Part shown: positions 47,826 through 59,064 of the stretch, one piece after another
Layout of the letters: each line of letters begins with the position of its first letter
Position numbering within the stretch: position 1 is the stretch's first letter
From: a bacterium
Lineage (GTDB): Bacteria; SAR324; NAC60-12
Direction: 5' to 3'
DNA length: 64,000 nt
Assembly: GCA_965233585.1 (NCBI GenBank)
Contig: CBDDTI010000295.1
Span: 96,001-160,000, forward strand
Position numbers and translations under genes: made by a program
Notes under the pieces: generated by a model
What the model saw: the letters and a program-made list of their open reading frames with translations, nothing else
Told to the model about the DNA's origin: nothing
Databases searched by the model: none

Positions 47826-48314
47826 TCAGCAGGCTACTCTCTTTTGTAGGGTTTGTTTAAGCGGCTGTATCTCGTCTTGAAGAGCTTGTAAGGCAAGTTG
47901 AAATTCAGACTCTATTTCAGATTGTGCTTGTTCTAGCAGTTGTTTATTTTCTCTTTGAGAATCTCGCAAAATGGCAGCAGATGCTTCTTTGGCAGAATGC
48001 TGAGCTGCGTGATAAATTTGAGCCACCTTTTCCCTGTTAAGGTTTTTTTGAGACTGCAAGTCTTCTGAAACTTTTTGAAGCTCCTTTTCTAAAACCTGAA
48101 TAGAGGTTTGATTTTTTTGAAGAGTGTTTTTGCGATGGTCAATAGTCTTGAGTACGGGCTTAAACAAGAGTTGGTTCAACAAGAGAATCATGCTGAGCAG
48201 AATGAACAAGACGAAAATTGGGGTTGCCAACTGCAAATGGAGCAATCCATAATCCATATTAAATCCAAACCAAGCATTCTCTGTAAAAATGCTTCGGATT
48301 TGCTCATAACTCAT
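47826..48314 (-). CDS. ATP synthase F0 subunit b'
   Basis: TM segment plus LLFKPVLK.ID.R and a coiled coil. Confidence 0.85.
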   Translation of the reverse strand: MSYEQIRSIFTENAWFGFNMDYGLLHLQLATPIFVLFILLSMILLLNQLLFKPVLKTIDHRKNTLQKNQTSIQVLEKELQKVSEDLQSQKNLNREKVAQIYHAAQHSAKEASAAILRDSQRENKQLLEQAQSEIESEFQLALQALQDEIQPLKQTLQKRVAC

Positions 48315-48378
48315 AGGACTTTCACTTTCTAAATCAGACCAAAAAACCCAACATTGTAGTATGCAGAAATGAAGGAAG

Positions 48379-51375
48379 TCAAGTTTTTTTCTGACTCAAA
48401 TCTTTTTGGGAAAATTCCTGCACTTTGTCCCACGAAAGTTTCTGAAAATAAATGCCTTGATTCTGCAATAACCCTCTTAAAAAAATATAAAAACAACCGC
48501 CAATTTTTTCTTGAAAATCCTGTTTATTGTTAATTTGCAACCAATACTTGATCGCTTGTGAATAGATTCTAATTTGTAGGTCATAATGTTTTTGGGTCTC
48601 TTTTTTTAAAGCAGGTTCTTCATAACTTTCTAACAAATTGCTTTTCCAATCTACAAAATAGACTTGATCTTGGTATTCAAAAACTAAATCAATTGCCCCA
48701 TTCAATAGTTGTTTCCCATGATGCTTTAGGATAAATCTTGGTTCTCTCACCTGTTTAATGGTCTCGCACAAAGACCAATCTAAATCTGTGAGCTTGTTTG
48801 TCCATGCCTTCCAGATGATGTCTAAAGACGTTGCTTCAAACTCTGTTGAGATTCCATACTTTCGCATCAACTCTGCAATCCATTCCTCAGAGTCTTTTTT
48901 CCATGCCTCTACTTGATTGTTTGGAAAATACTTTTTGAGAGTTGCAATATCCACATTTTCAAGGGCTTCATGCAAAAAATTTCCTGTGTTCACTCCTTTG
49001 GGTAGCTCTGCCTCCTGCTGATGATCGTTTGAATCAAGAATATGTGTTTGATTTGCATCAGATTCCAAAGCATCACCTTGGCTTGATTCAGTTTGGATTG
49101 TTTGCTGACGAGATAAGCTAGTATAAGATCCCATCAGGAAAGGGTTTTGTTGTTCTTGTAATTTGACTTGAGAAGGTGTTTTTAGATTCAGTTGAATATT
49201 TGGAAGTTGTGTTAAAGTTGCTTCTTCTTTGGGAGGGGAAGAGTTTTTTGGAAAATTCTCAAAAGAAAAATTATTTTTTTCTTTGAGTTTTTCAAGTTCT
49301 TGGCAAAACTCACCGTAAAAACTGTTGTAACCTCTTTTGTTTTGATATTTTTTCAGAATGGGGAGGTACAACATGTTTTTGGCTCGTGTGCATGCAACGT
49401 AGGTTAAATTCAGCAATTCTTGGTCTAGTTCAATTTGTAGTTTCTGCTTTCGTTCTTCTGACATTTGGGAGTCAAAATAAATTTTCCTTTCGTCTCCATC
49501 ATGGATAATTGACCAGCCTTGAGATTGTTTCTTTTCATGCCATAGTCCAAAAACAAAGACATGTGAAAACTCTAATCCCTTAGAGGCATGAATGGTCATG
49601 ATGAGGACTTGATGATGTTGCAATGGTGTTACATTTTCTTGGTCAGTTTCATCATCAATGAATTGTGATTCTTTTTGGATAGACCTTTTTAGAATGAGTA
49701 ATAAAGCATCAATATGAGTTGTTTCTTGAACAGACCAATTTATGATAGATTCTACAATTTTTTGATAATTACTAAGGCTTTCTAGTTTGCCTTGTAAGAC
49801 ACAATTTTCTGCGAGATTGGTTGCTTGAAATAAATCCTGAAAAAGCTGGCTGTATTCTCCTTTGCTTGCTCTCAAAGCCCAATGAGACCACTGATAATCA
49901 TCTAAAAGGGGTTGGACTTCTTGAATTGACTGTTGTTTGGGGTTAAATAGGTATGTGAAATGTAATTTATATTGATTTTCTTGATTGATAAGAGCCTCTA
50001 AAAAGTAATAAATATCTCTAGCTTCTGGTGTTTGGAACAAGGCACTTTGCTTATAAAAAGAATAAGGGATTCCTTTGTTTTTAAGTTGTTTAGCAATGTC
50101 CTGTCCTTGCTTTTTAGTTCTCACTAAAACGGCTATTTGTTCTTTATCTGGCAAAACGTTATCTTGCAATAATTGCTGAATTTTCAAAGCAACACTTTGA
50201 ATGATATGACTTTCGTTATTTTTTTTGTCATCTTCAGCATTGTTCAGCCAAATCTCAATGCCTGTTTGGCAATTTGGCTGTGATTCCTGCCCCTTGCCTG
50301 ATTTGACCTCAACATTGGCGAAACACTCTTGAAATTTGGGATTTGTGGTATATCTTTGAAAGATTTGATTTATGACACAAATTAGTTCGGGAGTAGAACG
50401 AAAATTTTGATCCAAAATAATGGGGTTACGTCCTTGAAGAAGTTCTTGTTTTGCCTTTTTATAAGTTTCAATATCTCCTCCTTTGAAACGATAAATGGCT
50501 TGCTTTGGATCCCCAACAACAAAGAGTTTTGTAGAATCGGAGACAAACAATTTTTTTAAAATATTCCACTGCTTCAAATCTGTGTCTTGAAATTCATCAA
50601 TAATGACATATTGAAATCGTTGCCGTACCGCATGAACAAACAAAGACTTTTTTATCGCTTCTTCTGCTGTTGAAAGCATATCGTCAAATGTCCAAACGCC
50701 TAAACCATGTTTATAATCTTTCCATTGACTAGCAAGGGTTTGACAAATGGTTGGTATCAATTCTTTTTTGGACGCACAGGCAACTTCTCCTTGTTCAGAT
50801 AAAAAAGACAAAATATCACTTGGCAATCTTTTAAATTGAGAGTTGTTTTGGTCTTCAACAAATTTTGCCAGTAAATCTCTAATGGTTTGGTTTTGGAGAC
50901 TGTGAACCCATGATAAAAAGAATTTTGTAAATCCTGCATCGTGAGTGATTTGAGGGTCAAGCATCAGAGAGCAAATCAATGCAAATTCTTTGGTCATTCT
51001 GGCACAAAAACTGTGGATTGTTCCAATGAAAGCTGAATCAAAATCATTGAGAGCGTTTGACAACAGAAGTTGTTTAGCATCGTCAATGATCCAACGTGTT
51101 TGGTGAGTGGGTGCAGAATGTTCTTGTGAGTCTTCTCCTGCAAGCATTTTTTCAATTCGCAATCGGACTCTGTTTTTGAGTTCTGTAGCAGCTTTTTCTG
51201 TGTAGGTGATCAATAAAATCTGGCTTAAATTGGCACCCTTTTCCAAAATGAGTTCTACGATGATTTGTTCAATGGTATAGGTCTTACCAGTGCCTGCTGA
51301 TGCCTCAATGACTTGATGATGATCAAAATCTAATTTTTGTATGGCATCTGCTTTATCAAAGGAACGAGCTGACAT
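48379..51375 (-). CDS. recB: RecB-like UvrD helicase / PD-(D/E)XK nuclease
   Basis: EASAGTGKT, DEFQD, VGDPKQAIYRF, TIHASKGLEF, YVACTRA and nuclease GAIDLVF...VDWKSN...Q..IY. Confidence 0.85.
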   Translation of the reverse strand: MSARSFDKADAIQKLDFDHHQVIEASAGTGKTYTIEQIIVELILEKGANLSQILLITYTEKAATELKNRVRLRIEKMLAGEDSQEHSAPTHQTRWIIDDAKQLLLSNALNDFDSAFIGTIHSFCARMTKEFALICSLMLDPQITHDAGFTKFFLSWVHSLQNQTIRDLLAKFVEDQNNSQFKRLPSDILSFLSEQGEVACASKKELIPTICQTLASQWKDYKHGLGVWTFDDMLSTAEEAIKKSLFVHAVRQRFQYVIIDEFQDTDLKQWNILKKLFVSDSTKLFVVGDPKQAIYRFKGGDIETYKKAKQELLQGRNPIILDQNFRSTPELICVINQIFQRYTTNPKFQECFANVEVKSGKGQESQPNCQTGIEIWLNNAEDDKKNNESHIIQSVALKIQQLLQDNVLPDKEQIAVLVRTKKQGQDIAKQLKNKGIPYSFYKQSALFQTPEARDIYYFLEALINQENQYKLHFTYLFNPKQQSIQEVQPLLDDYQWSHWALRASKGEYSQLFQDLFQATNLAENCVLQGKLESLSNYQKIVESIINWSVQETTHIDALLLILKRSIQKESQFIDDETDQENVTPLQHHQVLIMTIHASKGLEFSHVFVFGLWHEKKQSQGWSIIHDGDERKIYFDSQMSEERKQKLQIELDQELLNLTYVACTRAKNMLYLPILKKYQNKRGYNSFYGEFCQELEKLKEKNNFSFENFPKNSSPPKEEATLTQLPNIQLNLKTPSQVKLQEQQNPFLMGSYTSLSRQQTIQTESSQGDALESDANQTHILDSNDHQQEAELPKGVNTGNFLHEALENVDIATLKKYFPNNQVEAWKKDSEEWIAELMRKYGISTEFEATSLDIIWKAWTNKLTDLDWSLCETIKQVREPRFILKHHGKQLLNGAIDLVFEYQDQVYFVDWKSNLLESYEEPALKKETQKHYDLQIRIYSQAIKYWLQINNKQDFQEKIGGCFYIFLRGLLQNQGIYFQKLSWDKVQEFSQKDLSQKKT

Positions 51376-51410
51376 TAGAGAACTGAGAAGGAATCAAGCG
51401 GAAGGAAGAA

Positions 51411-51428
51411 AGGAAGCCTAGACTTCCT
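51411..51428 (-). terminator. Probable terminator after rplQ
   Basis: AGGAAG-N6-CTTCCT hairpin followed by TTCTT on the minus strand. Confidence 0.5.
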
Positions 51429-51443
51429 GAAATTTGGGAGGTT

Positions 51444-51893
51444 TTATTTCTCTTCTGTGACTTCTTTGTTAACTTCTTGCAAGACAGAAGGAGTCTTAGG
51501 TTTTGAAGGTTTTTTACTAGCTAAAGGGTCTTTTGCTCCATCAACTAAAAGAATTAAAGACATCTCTGAAGAGTCACCTAATTTACGAGTTCCCAAACGA
51601 ATGATTCTTGTGTAGCCTCCTTGACGTGAAGTATATCGTTCAGGTAGTTCTTCAAATAACGTCTTCATTGCTTGCTTAGATTTGACAAAACGAAGAGCCT
51701 GCTTTCGGGCATGCAAATTCCCACGTTTGCCCAAAGTAATCATTTTGTCAACATAGCGACGTAACTCTTTTGCTTTTGGCGTAGTGCATGTGATTTGTTC
51801 ATTTTCAAGCAATGACGTGACCATGTTACGCATCATTGCTTTGCGATGAGATGTTGTTACACCAAGTCTTCTACCAGATTTTAAATGACGCAT
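51444..51893 (-). CDS. rplQ: 50S ribosomal protein L17
   Basis: MRH...GR.LG....HR.A and GGYTRI motifs. Confidence 0.98.
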   Translation of the reverse strand: MRHLKSGRRLGVTTSHRKAMMRNMVTSLLENEQITCTTPKAKELRRYVDKMITLGKRGNLHARKQALRFVKSKQAMKTLFEELPERYTSRQGGYTRIIRLGTRKLGDSSEMSLILLVDGAKDPLASKKPSKPKTPSVLQEVNKEVTEEK

Positions 51894-51902
51894 CTTATCT
51901 TT

Positions 51903-52874
51903 TTAATTATTATTTTGAGCCTCTAAGTCAATTCCTAGTGAAAGTCCCATTTCTTCAAGAATTGCTTTGATTTCGTTTAAGGATTTTTTTCCAAAGTTCT
52001 TCGTTTCAAGCATCTCTTTTTCAGTTTTTTGGACTAAAGTACCAATGGTATCAATTTTTGCATTTTGCAAGCAATTGATAGAACGCACTGACAATTCCAG
52101 CTCACTGACATTTTTATTAAGGTGTTCATTGATTTGGACAGCATCAGTATTTTCTTCTGGTTCAGTTTGTTCCTCAAAATTAATGAAAATGTCCATTTGG
52201 TCTTTCAATATTTTTGCTGCATAAGTGATGGCATCTTGGGGAGGAACAGAATGATTAGTCCACAACTGAAAAACTAACTTATCAAATTCTGTTTGTCTCC
52301 CAACACGAGCATTTTGCACTTCATATTGGATTCGTTTTACCGGAGAGTGGTTGGAGTCCAGATAAATTGTATTGACTGGTAAATTAGCATCTTGATTTTC
52401 TTCAGAAGCGACATAACCTTTGTTTTGACGCACATAAAGTGTCATGTTGAGCTGTGCATCTTGATTCAAAGTGGCAATTTTTAAGTCTTTATTCAGAATC
52501 TCTGCCCTCCCAAAAGTAGAAATATCTTTTGCAGTCAAAACTGTTGGTCCCTCTCCAATTAATTCTAATTCTACTGCATTATCTTCAAATTGTTTGATTT
52601 GCAGCTCACTCAGATTGAGGATAATATCAGTGACATCTTCAACGATGCCGGGTATGCCTGTAAATTCATGTGCAATATTTTCAATGTTGATCGCATAAAC
52701 AGCACTACCGCGAATAGAAGAAAGCAAGATGCGTCTGAGTGCATGCCCTATCGTGACGCCATAACCTTTCTCTAGTGGCTCTGCTACAAATCTAATGTAA
52801 TCGCCAGATTCTGAATCTTTATCAATCTGCAACCCTTTTGGTTTAACAATTTCTGTCCAATTTTTAGAAAACAT
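51903..52874 (-). CDS. rpoA: RNA polymerase alpha subunit
   Basis: [29 protein letters not shown] and NFGKKSL.EI motifs. Confidence 0.99.
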   Translation of the reverse strand: MFSKNWTEIVKPKGLQIDKDSESGDYIRFVAEPLEKGYGVTIGHALRRILLSSIRGSAVYAINIENIAHEFTGIPGIVEDVTDIILNLSELQIKQFEDNAVELELIGEGPTVLTAKDISTFGRAEILNKDLKIATLNQDAQLNMTLYVRQNKGYVASEENQDANLPVNTIYLDSNHSPVKRIQYEVQNARVGRQTEFDKLVFQLWTNHSVPPQDAITYAAKILKDQMDIFINFEEQTEPEENTDAVQINEHLNKNVSELELSVRSINCLQNAKIDTIGTLVQKTEKEMLETKNFGKKSLNEIKAILEEMGLSLGIDLEAQNNN

Positions 52875-52880
52875 ATTTGA

Positions 52881-53264
52881 TTACACTCTTCGTTGTTTAG
52901 GGGGTCTACACCCATTATGAGGAACAGGTGTAACATCAGAAATTCTAGTTACCTTTAGCTCTTCAGCTGCTACAGCACGTAAAGCTGACTCTCTTCCTGC
53001 TCCTGGGCCTTTGATATGGATGGCAACTTCTTTGACTCCAAACTCAAGAGCTTTTTGAATAGCATGTTCTGCTGTCACCTTAGCGGCAAACGGAGTGCTA
53101 CGTCTAGCACCCTTGAATCCATGCAAGCCTGCACTAGACCAAGCAATGACATTCCCAGACTCATCAGAAACGCTCACGATTGTATTATTGAAAGAAGATT
53201 GAACATGAACAACGGCTGAATCAATCTGCTTTTTCTCTTTTTTCTTTGCTGTTTTTTTCACCAT
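52881..53264 (-). CDS. rpsK: 30S ribosomal protein S11
   Basis: SFNNTI and [17 protein letters not shown] motifs. Confidence 0.99.
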   Translation of the reverse strand: MVKKTAKKKEKKQIDSAVVHVQSSFNNTIVSVSDESGNVIAWSSAGLHGFKGARRSTPFAAKVTAEHAIQKALEFGVKEVAIHIKGPGAGRESALRAVAAEELKVTRISDVTPVPHNGCRPPKQRRV

Positions 53265-53277
53265 GATTCCATATTAG

Positions 53278-53640
53278 TTATCGCTTTTTCTTTCGTCCCC
53301 TAGACCCTTTACGAGTTCTAGCATTTGTCTTAGTTCTTTGTCCCCGAGCTGGCAACCCTCTACGATGTCTCAGACCTCTGTAATTTCCCAAATCCATCAA
53401 CCGCTTAATACTCAAATTCACTTCACGTCTCAGATTACCTTCAACTTGAAGGTCACTTTCAATGATCTCACGAATAGAATTGACTTCTTGGTTACTCAAA
53501 TCTTTGACTCGTTTGTTCAAATCCAATTCAATTTTGGACAAAATTGATCTTGAAGTTGCTTTGCCTATTCCATAAATGTAGGTCAATGCAATTTCAACAC
53601 GTTTGTTTTTGGGTAAATCTACTCCCGCAATTCTAGCCAC
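53278..53640 (-). CDS. rpsM: 30S ribosomal protein S13
   Basis: ARIAGVDLP and [14 protein letters not shown] motifs. Confidence 0.99.
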   Translation of the reverse strand: MARIAGVDLPKNKRVEIALTYIYGIGKATSRSILSKIELDLNKRVKDLSNQEVNSIREIIESDLQVEGNLRREVNLSIKRLMDLGNYRGLRHRRGLPARGQRTKTNARTRKGSRGRKKKR

Positions 53641-53656
53641 TAAGCAACTCCTTCAA

Positions 53657-53770
53657 TTAACCTTGCCTTTGTTTATGTTTTGGAATTTCACAAATCACGC
53701 GAATAATGCCATGACGTCTAATAATCTGACATTTATCACATATTTTTTTAACAGAAGAACGAACTTTCAT
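53657..53770 (-). CDS. rpmJ: 50S ribosomal protein L36 (not in the ORF track)
   Basis: Manual translation: [37 protein letters not shown]. Confidence 0.97.
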   Translation of the reverse strand: MKVRSSVKKICDKCQIIRRHGIIRVICEIPKHKQRQG

Positions 53771-53789
53771 AGTTAAATTTTCCTTTGAA

Positions 53790-55121
53790 TTAAAATTTTA
53801 ATCGTCTCTTAGAGACGTTTCTACGACGAGCTTTGCTTAAAAAACCATCGTAATTATGGTTCAACAAAAATGTTTCTACTTGGTTGATTGTGTCTAATCC
53901 CACACCAACAACAATCAAAAGAGCTGTGCCTCCAAAGAGAAAAGGCATGCCCATATTGACAAAAGTAACAGAGGGAAAAACACAGACTGCCACCAAATAT
54001 AAAGCACCAACAAATGTCAGACTTGTTAAAACAACATTGATGTATCCTGCTGTTTTTTTACCGGGGGGAATACCCGGTATGAATCCACCATGACGTTTCA
54101 TCTCTTCTGAGATTTTCAAAGGATTATACTGAATTGCAGTGTAGAAAAAACAGAAGAAGAAAATCATGATAGAAAACAGAACAGAATACAATAATTGTCC
54201 TGGTACGAGCTGATTCCCAATAGATTGCATCCACGGAACAGTCAAGAATGTTGTGATGGTTGCAGGAAAAGCTAAGATAGAAGAAGCAAAAATTGGAGGA
54301 ATCACACCAGCAGAATTAATTTTTAGTGGCAAATGAGAATTTTGCCCACCGTACATCTTGTTACCTTGCAACCGCTTTGCATACTGAACTGGAATTTTAC
54401 GATATGCTGTTTCAACAAAAATGACGCCAAACAAAATAGCAAGTGTGATTAAAATTGTAACAGCTAACAGCAGGATAGGAAGTTGCCCAGCTTGGACAAG
54501 ACTTGCAGAATTGATCATCGCCTGTGGTATATCTACAATAATCCCTGCGAAGATTAACAAAGAAATCCCATTGCCTATCCCTCTTTCATTGATTTGCTCA
54601 CCAACCCACATCAAAAACGATGTCCCTGCTGTCAATGTAATAATGGTAATGACTTGGAATGCCCATGGCTCCATTGCAGAAATGACAACAGGTGATCCAT
54701 CAGGAGCTGCCATGCTTTGAAGTCCTGTAGAAATCCCAAAAGATTGGGCGATGCTCAAGACGATTGTTCCGTAACGTGTGTAAAGAGTAATTTTTCTACG
54801 ACCTGTTTCTCCTTCTTTAGAAAGACGTTCCAATGTAGGAAAAACAACTGTAAGTAGCTGGATAATGATGGAGGCACTGATGTAAGGCATCACACCAAGA
54901 GCAAAAATTGTTAAGCGTCCCAATGCTCCACCTGTGAACATATCAAAGAACCCAAGTATAGAACCCGCTTGTGCCGCAAAAAAACTGGATAATGCTTGAC
55001 CATCAATACCTGGGACAGGAATATGAGCCCCAATGCGAAAGACAACCAGCATTAAGAGCGTGAAGATGATCCTTTGTCGTAATTCTTCAATTCTAAAAAT
55101 ATTTTGGATAATTGACCACAT
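53790..55121 (-). CDS. secY: Preprotein translocase subunit SecY
   Basis: [26 protein letters not shown] and [10 protein letters not shown] motifs. Confidence 0.99.
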   Translation of the reverse strand: MWSIIQNIFRIEELRQRIIFTLLMLVVFRIGAHIPVPGIDGQALSSFFAAQAGSILGFFDMFTGGALGRLTIFALGVMPYISASIIIQLLTVVFPTLERLSKEGETGRRKITLYTRYGTIVLSIAQSFGISTGLQSMAAPDGSPVVISAMEPWAFQVITIITLTAGTSFLMWVGEQINERGIGNGISLLIFAGIIVDIPQAMINSASLVQAGQLPILLLAVTILITLAILFGVIFVETAYRKIPVQYAKRLQGNKMYGGQNSHLPLKINSAGVIPPIFASSILAFPATITTFLTVPWMQSIGNQLVPGQLLYSVLFSIMIFFFCFFYTAIQYNPLKISEEMKRHGGFIPGIPPGKKTAGYINVVLTSLTFVGALYLVAVCVFPSVTFVNMGMPFLFGGTALLIVVGVGLDTINQVETFLLNHNYDGFLSKARRRNVSKRRLKF

Positions 55122-55122
55122 A

Positions 55123-55566
55123 TTAGCTTAAAAGAATGACTTCTCCGCCTGATTGTTTAATTTTTTCAATTGCCGAGTGACTTGCTTTATCTACTTCAAT
55201 TTTGAAGGAACGTTTGACATCTCCGTTGCCTAAAAGTTTCACAGGTTTTTTAGTTGATTTAATCAATCCATTTCGTAATAGAGCTTCTTTGTCCATGAGA
55301 TCTCCGCTATCTATCTGATTTAAAGATTCCAGATTGACAATTTGATAGACTTTGCGAAAAGGACTAGTAAAACCAAATTTAGGTAGCCTACGATAGAGTG
55401 GCATTTGACCTCCCTCAAAGCCTCTTCTAATACTTCCCCCAGAACGTGATTTTTGACCTTTTTGACCACGTCCACATGTTTTGCCCCAACCACTACCAGG
55501 ACCACGTCCAACACGTTTTCGCTTTTTAGTTGAGTCTTTTGGTTTTTCTAATTGATGAAGATACAT
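55123..55566 (-). CDS. rplO: 50S ribosomal protein L15
   Basis: GRG.GSG.GKT and GFEGGQMPL.RRLPK.GF motifs. Confidence 0.99.
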   Translation of the reverse strand: MYLHQLEKPKDSTKKRKRVGRGPGSGWGKTCGRGQKGQKSRSGGSIRRGFEGGQMPLYRRLPKFGFTSPFRKVYQIVNLESLNQIDSGDLMDKEALLRNGLIKSTKKPVKLLGNGDVKRSFKIEVDKASHSAIEKIKQSGGEVILLS

Positions 55567-55569
55567 TGA

Positions 55570-55755
55570 TTATTTATTAAGTTGTTCTACTTGAATGAGA
55601 TGATTGACTTTTCTAATCATTCCTAAAACTGATGGTCTTGCAGTAAAAATGGATTCTTGACGTATTTTGCGAAGTCTCAAGCATTTTAAAGTTTCTCTCT
55701 GTGACTTTGGCTTCCCGATGGGGCTTTTGACTAACGTTAATTTGATTTCGCTCAT
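55570..55755 (-). CDS. rpmD: 50S ribosomal protein L30
   Basis: KSPIG....Q.ETL..L.L and GMI.KV.HL motifs. Confidence 0.95.
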   Translation of the reverse strand: MSEIKLTLVKSPIGKPKSQRETLKCLRLRKIRQESIFTARPSVLGMIRKVNHLIQVEQLNK

Positions 55756-55759
55756 AATA

Positions 55760-56257
55760 TCATGCCTTTAATTGTTCAACACTTTTATTGCGTCTTTCTG
55801 CAATTTCTTCAAACGATCTTAATGACATTAGAGCATCAAACGTAGCACGGACAAGATTGTGCGGATTTCTTGAACCCAAACTCTTCACACTAATATCATG
55901 GATTCCTACGGCTTCCAAGACAGCACTAATTGACGATGCTGCAATCACGCCATGTCCCTTATTTGCAGGTTTCATCAGAACTTCTCCTGCTCCAAAATGC
56001 CCAATCACTTCGTGAGGAATAGTACTGCCTGACATGACAACCTTTTTCATATTTTTAGAAGCATTGTTGGTTGCTTTTCTGATTGCCTCCGTCACTTCTC
56101 CAGCTTTGCCAAGAGCGTGACCAACATTTCCTCTGCCATCTCCTACGACAACCAAAGCATTAAAACTAAACCTTCGTCCACCTTTGACGACTTTTGCAAC
56201 TCTATTGATTTTGATGATTTTTTCAATCAAATCATTCTTGTCTTTCTTTTCTGCCAA
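55760..56257 (-). CDS. rpsE: 30S ribosomal protein S5
   Basis: [14 protein letters not shown] motif. Confidence 0.99.
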   Translation of the reverse strand: MAEKKDKNDLIEKIIKINRVAKVVKGGRRFSFNALVVVGDGRGNVGHALGKAGEVTEAIRKATNNASKNMKKVVMSGSTIPHEVIGHFGAGEVLMKPANKGHGVIAASSISAVLEAVGIHDISVKSLGSRNPHNLVRATFDALMSLRSFEEIAERRNKSVEQLKA

Positions 56258-56267
56258 AATTATCTCC

Positions 56268-56633
56268 TTAAAAATTTAAACCTGCTTCTCTTGCAGAATC
56301 AGCTAATGCCTTGACGCGACCGTGGTAAAGAAAACCTCCACGGTCAAAAACAACAGAGGAAATAGATTCATCTAATAGTTTTTTTGCAATAGATTGTCCG
56401 ACTATTTTTGATGACTCTACATTACCAGCATATCCTGTAATCTGCTCAGTTATTTCTTTGTTAAGCGTTGAAGCTGAAGCAATCACATGTCCTGTCTCAT
56501 CATTAATGGCTTGTGCGTAGATGTGTCTGGCTGAACGAAACACAAACAAACGAGGTCTTTGCTGCGTCCCTTTGATTTTTCCTCGTATCTTTTTATGCCT
56601 TTTTTTTCTAGCTAAATGAGTTGATGCTGTCAT
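56268..56633 (-). CDS. rplR: 50S ribosomal protein L18
   Basis: RPRL.VFRS and FDRGG..YHGRV motifs. Confidence 0.99.
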   Translation of the reverse strand: MTASTHLARKKRHKKIRGKIKGTQQRPRLFVFRSARHIYAQAINDETGHVIASASTLNKEITEQITGYAGNVESSKIVGQSIAKKLLDESISSVVFDRGGFLYHGRVKALADSAREAGLNF

Positions 56634-56642
56634 AGATGTTTA

Positions 56643-57185
56643 CTATTTTTTGCCTGATTTACCTGATTTACGACGAATCATTTGTCCATCAATTAAAATT
56701 CCTTTACCTTTGTAAGGTTCTGGGGGACGGTGGGCTTGAATGTCTGCAATGGTCTGACCTAATAATCTTTTATCGCAACTTTCTAAGACAATTTGAGTGT
56801 CTCTGTTGATAGTAGCCTTAATGTCTTTGGGAAGCTCAAAATGAACGGGGTGAGAATATCCCAGGTTTAAAGATAACTCCTGACCCTTGACCGAGGCTCT
56901 GTACCCTACCCCAACCAAATTTAAAGTTTTTGTAAAACCTTGATTCACCCCCTGCGTCATATTTTTGATAGTTGCTTGCACGGTGCCCATAACTGTACGA
57001 GCCTTTTTGTCATTTTTGTAATCCGCATCTACGCAAATCTCAGAATCTGTAATTTTTAGCGAGATGGATTGTGGAATCTCAAAGTTTAAAGTTCCTTTAG
57101 GACCTGAAACTTCTAGTATGTTGTTAACATACGAAGTTTTTGTTTGACTTGTTAACAATACTGGACGTTTACCAATTCTTGACAT
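56643..57185 (-). CDS. rplF: 50S ribosomal protein L6
   Basis: MSRIGK and PEPYKGKG motifs. Confidence 0.99.
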   Translation of the reverse strand: MSRIGKRPVLLTSQTKTSYVNNILEVSGPKGTLNFEIPQSISLKITDSEICVDADYKNDKKARTVMGTVQATIKNMTQGVNQGFTKTLNLVGVGYRASVKGQELSLNLGYSHPVHFELPKDIKATINRDTQIVLESCDKRLLGQTIADIQAHRPPEPYKGKGILIDGQMIRRKSGKSGKK

Positions 57186-57201
57186 GACATTTTAATATAA
57201 A

Positions 57202-57603
57202 TTACCATACATGAAATAAAACCTCACCCCCTGTGTGAAGCCTCCGACAATCAGTGTCAGAAATCACACCTTTGGAAGTGCTGACTACTGAAATTCCTTG
57301 ACCTCCCAACACTTTTTTCATTTGACCAACTTTTGAATAAGACCTTCGTCCGGGTTTACTGATTCGTTTTAATCCCCTAATGACAGACCCTTGAAATTTG
57401 TCATACTTGAGTCCGATGACAATTTGCTTTTCTGCTATCAATTGACCCTCTACTTTCCAACTTTCAATAAAACCTTCTTGGTGTAAAACTTCACTCACGT
57501 TTGTTTTAATAACAGAGTAAGGAATGTTGACATATTTATGCTTTCTAGCAACAGCATTTCTAATACGAGTTAAATAATCAGCAATGGGATCAGATAATGA
57601 CAT
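57202..57603 (-). CDS. rpsH: 30S ribosomal protein S8
   Basis: DPIAD.LTRIRNA and SKPGRR.Y motifs. Confidence 0.99.
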   Translation of the reverse strand: MSLSDPIADYLTRIRNAVARKHKYVNIPYSVIKTNVSEVLHQEGFIESWKVEGQLIAEKQIVIGLKYDKFQGSVIRGLKRISKPGRRSYSKVGQMKKVLGGQGISVVSTSKGVISDTDCRRLHTGGEVLFHVW

Positions 57604-57620
57604 ATGATTTTCCTAAAAAA

Positions 57621-57806
57621 TTACCAACTGGACTTTGTAACGCCGGGGATTAAACCGAAACCTGCCTTGATACGAAAGCAAATCCGACACATTCCAAATT
57701 TTCTCAAATACGCCTTGGGACGTCCACAGAAATGACAACGATTGTAGCCTCTGACCTTAAACTTTGGTTTTCGCTTCGCTTTTTCTCGTAATGTTTTTTT
57801 TGCCAT
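57621..57806 (-). CDS. rpsN: 30S ribosomal protein S14, zinc-binding type Z (start corrected to 57806)
   Basis: MAKK...CHFCGR...CRIC...PGV.KSSW, 61 aa. Confidence 0.97.
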   Translation of the reverse strand: MAKKTLREKAKRKPKFKVRGYNRCHFCGRPKAYLRKFGMCRICFRIKAGFGLIPGVTKSSW

Positions 57807-57813
57807 ATGTTTC

Positions 57814-58353
57814 CTACTTTCTAAATGGAAATCCAATTCCTTTTAATAAACTACGTGCTTCTTGGTCAGAATTAGAACTCGTGATGATAGATATATTCAG
57901 CCCTCTGATTTTGTCAATAGAATCAAAATCTATTTCTGGAAAAATGAGTTGTTCTTTGATTCCCAAATTATAATTACCTCTCCCATCAAATGAATTAGGA
58001 GATAATCCTCTGAAGTCTCTCATTCTTGGCAAAGAAACAGTGAGAAATCTGTCAATAAAATCCCACATTCTTTGAGACCGCAGCGAAACATAACAACCTA
58101 TTGGCATTCCTTCACGCAGTTTAAATGCAGCAATGGATTTTCGTGCTTTTGATTTGACTGCTTTCTGACTTGCAATCAAAGACAACTGGTCTATTGCCAA
58201 TTCCAACACCTTAGGATTTTGGACAGCTTCTCCTAGTCCCATGTTTAACACGACTTTTTCAATTTTGGGAATTTGATGTAAATTCTTATAACCAAATTCC
58301 TTCTGTAAAGATGGTCGGACTTCGTTTTTGTAGAGTTCAAGTGATTTTAACAC
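57814..58353 (-). CDS. rplE: 50S ribosomal protein L5
   Basis: [10 protein letters not shown] and FDGRGNY motifs. Confidence 0.99.
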   Translation of the reverse strand: MLKSLELYKNEVRPSLQKEFGYKNLHQIPKIEKVVLNMGLGEAVQNPKVLELAIDQLSLIASQKAVKSKARKSIAAFKLREGMPIGCYVSLRSQRMWDFIDRFLTVSLPRMRDFRGLSPNSFDGRGNYNLGIKEQLIFPEIDFDSIDKIRGLNISIITSSNSDQEARSLLKGIGFPFRK

Positions 58354-58366
58354 AACGTTTTTTTAA

Positions 58367-58699
58367 TCAAATAGGATTAGAAGATTTTGCGGACAAACGT
58401 TTTTTTTCTTGTCCTTCTTGCTTCATTTTAATTCGGACCCCTTTTTTGTCAGCACTGGAGTACACAAGGACATTGGAATAATGGATGGGGCTTTCGTATT
58501 CTTGCCTTTTGCCTGATTCGTTTTGCTGAGTGGGTTTAAGATGCCTCATTGTCAAGTTGACACCAGACACTAAAATTCGGTTTTGTCTTTTATAAATTCT
58601 CAACACCTTCCCAACATTTCCTTTATCTTTGCCTGCAATGACTTGGACTTGGTCTCCAACCTTGATTTTTGCTTTTTTCAATATAGTGTTTTTTTTCAT
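58367..58699 (-). CDS. rplX: 50S ribosomal protein L24
   Basis: [11 protein letters not shown] and PIH.SNV motifs. Confidence 0.98.
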   Translation of the reverse strand: MKKNTILKKAKIKVGDQVQVIAGKDKGNVGKVLRIYKRQNRILVSGVNLTMRHLKPTQQNESGKRQEYESPIHYSNVLVYSSADKKGVRIKMKQEGQEKKRLSAKSSNPI

Positions 58700-59055
58700 A
58701 AGACTTCTGGGGCTAGAGAAAGAATTTTACGGATTTGTAACTCACGTGCAACAGGACCAAAAACACGGGATCCAATCGGTTCATTTTTGTTGTCAACGAT
58801 GACAGCTGCGTTTCTGTCAAACCTAATATAAGACCCGTCTTCTCGTCTGACTTCCTTTTTAGTTCTTACAATGACAGCTTTAATCACGTCACCAGATTTA
58901 ATTCTGCCATGTGGTAATGCCGATTTGACTGAGGCAACAATAATGTCTCCTACTCCAGCGTAACGTCTTTTTGAACCTCCCAAAACCTTGATACACATAA
59001 TACGTTTTGCACCCGAATTATCCGCAACATCTAGCATGCTTTGCATTTGAATCAT
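58696..59055 (-). CDS. rplN: 50S ribosomal protein L14
   Basis: VADNSGA and FGPVAREL...SLAPEVL motifs. Confidence 0.99.
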   Translation of the reverse strand: MIQMQSMLDVADNSGAKRIMCIKVLGGSKRRYAGVGDIIVASVKSALPHGRIKSGDVIKAVIVRTKKEVRREDGSYIRFDRNAAVIVDNKNEPIGSRVFGPVARELQIRKILSLAPEVL

Positions 59056-59064
59056 AGTGCCTCT

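Noticed and set aside
57807..57836. N-terminal extension of S14 in the ORF track
   Set aside because: It overlaps rplE; the canonical start is MAKK at 57806.
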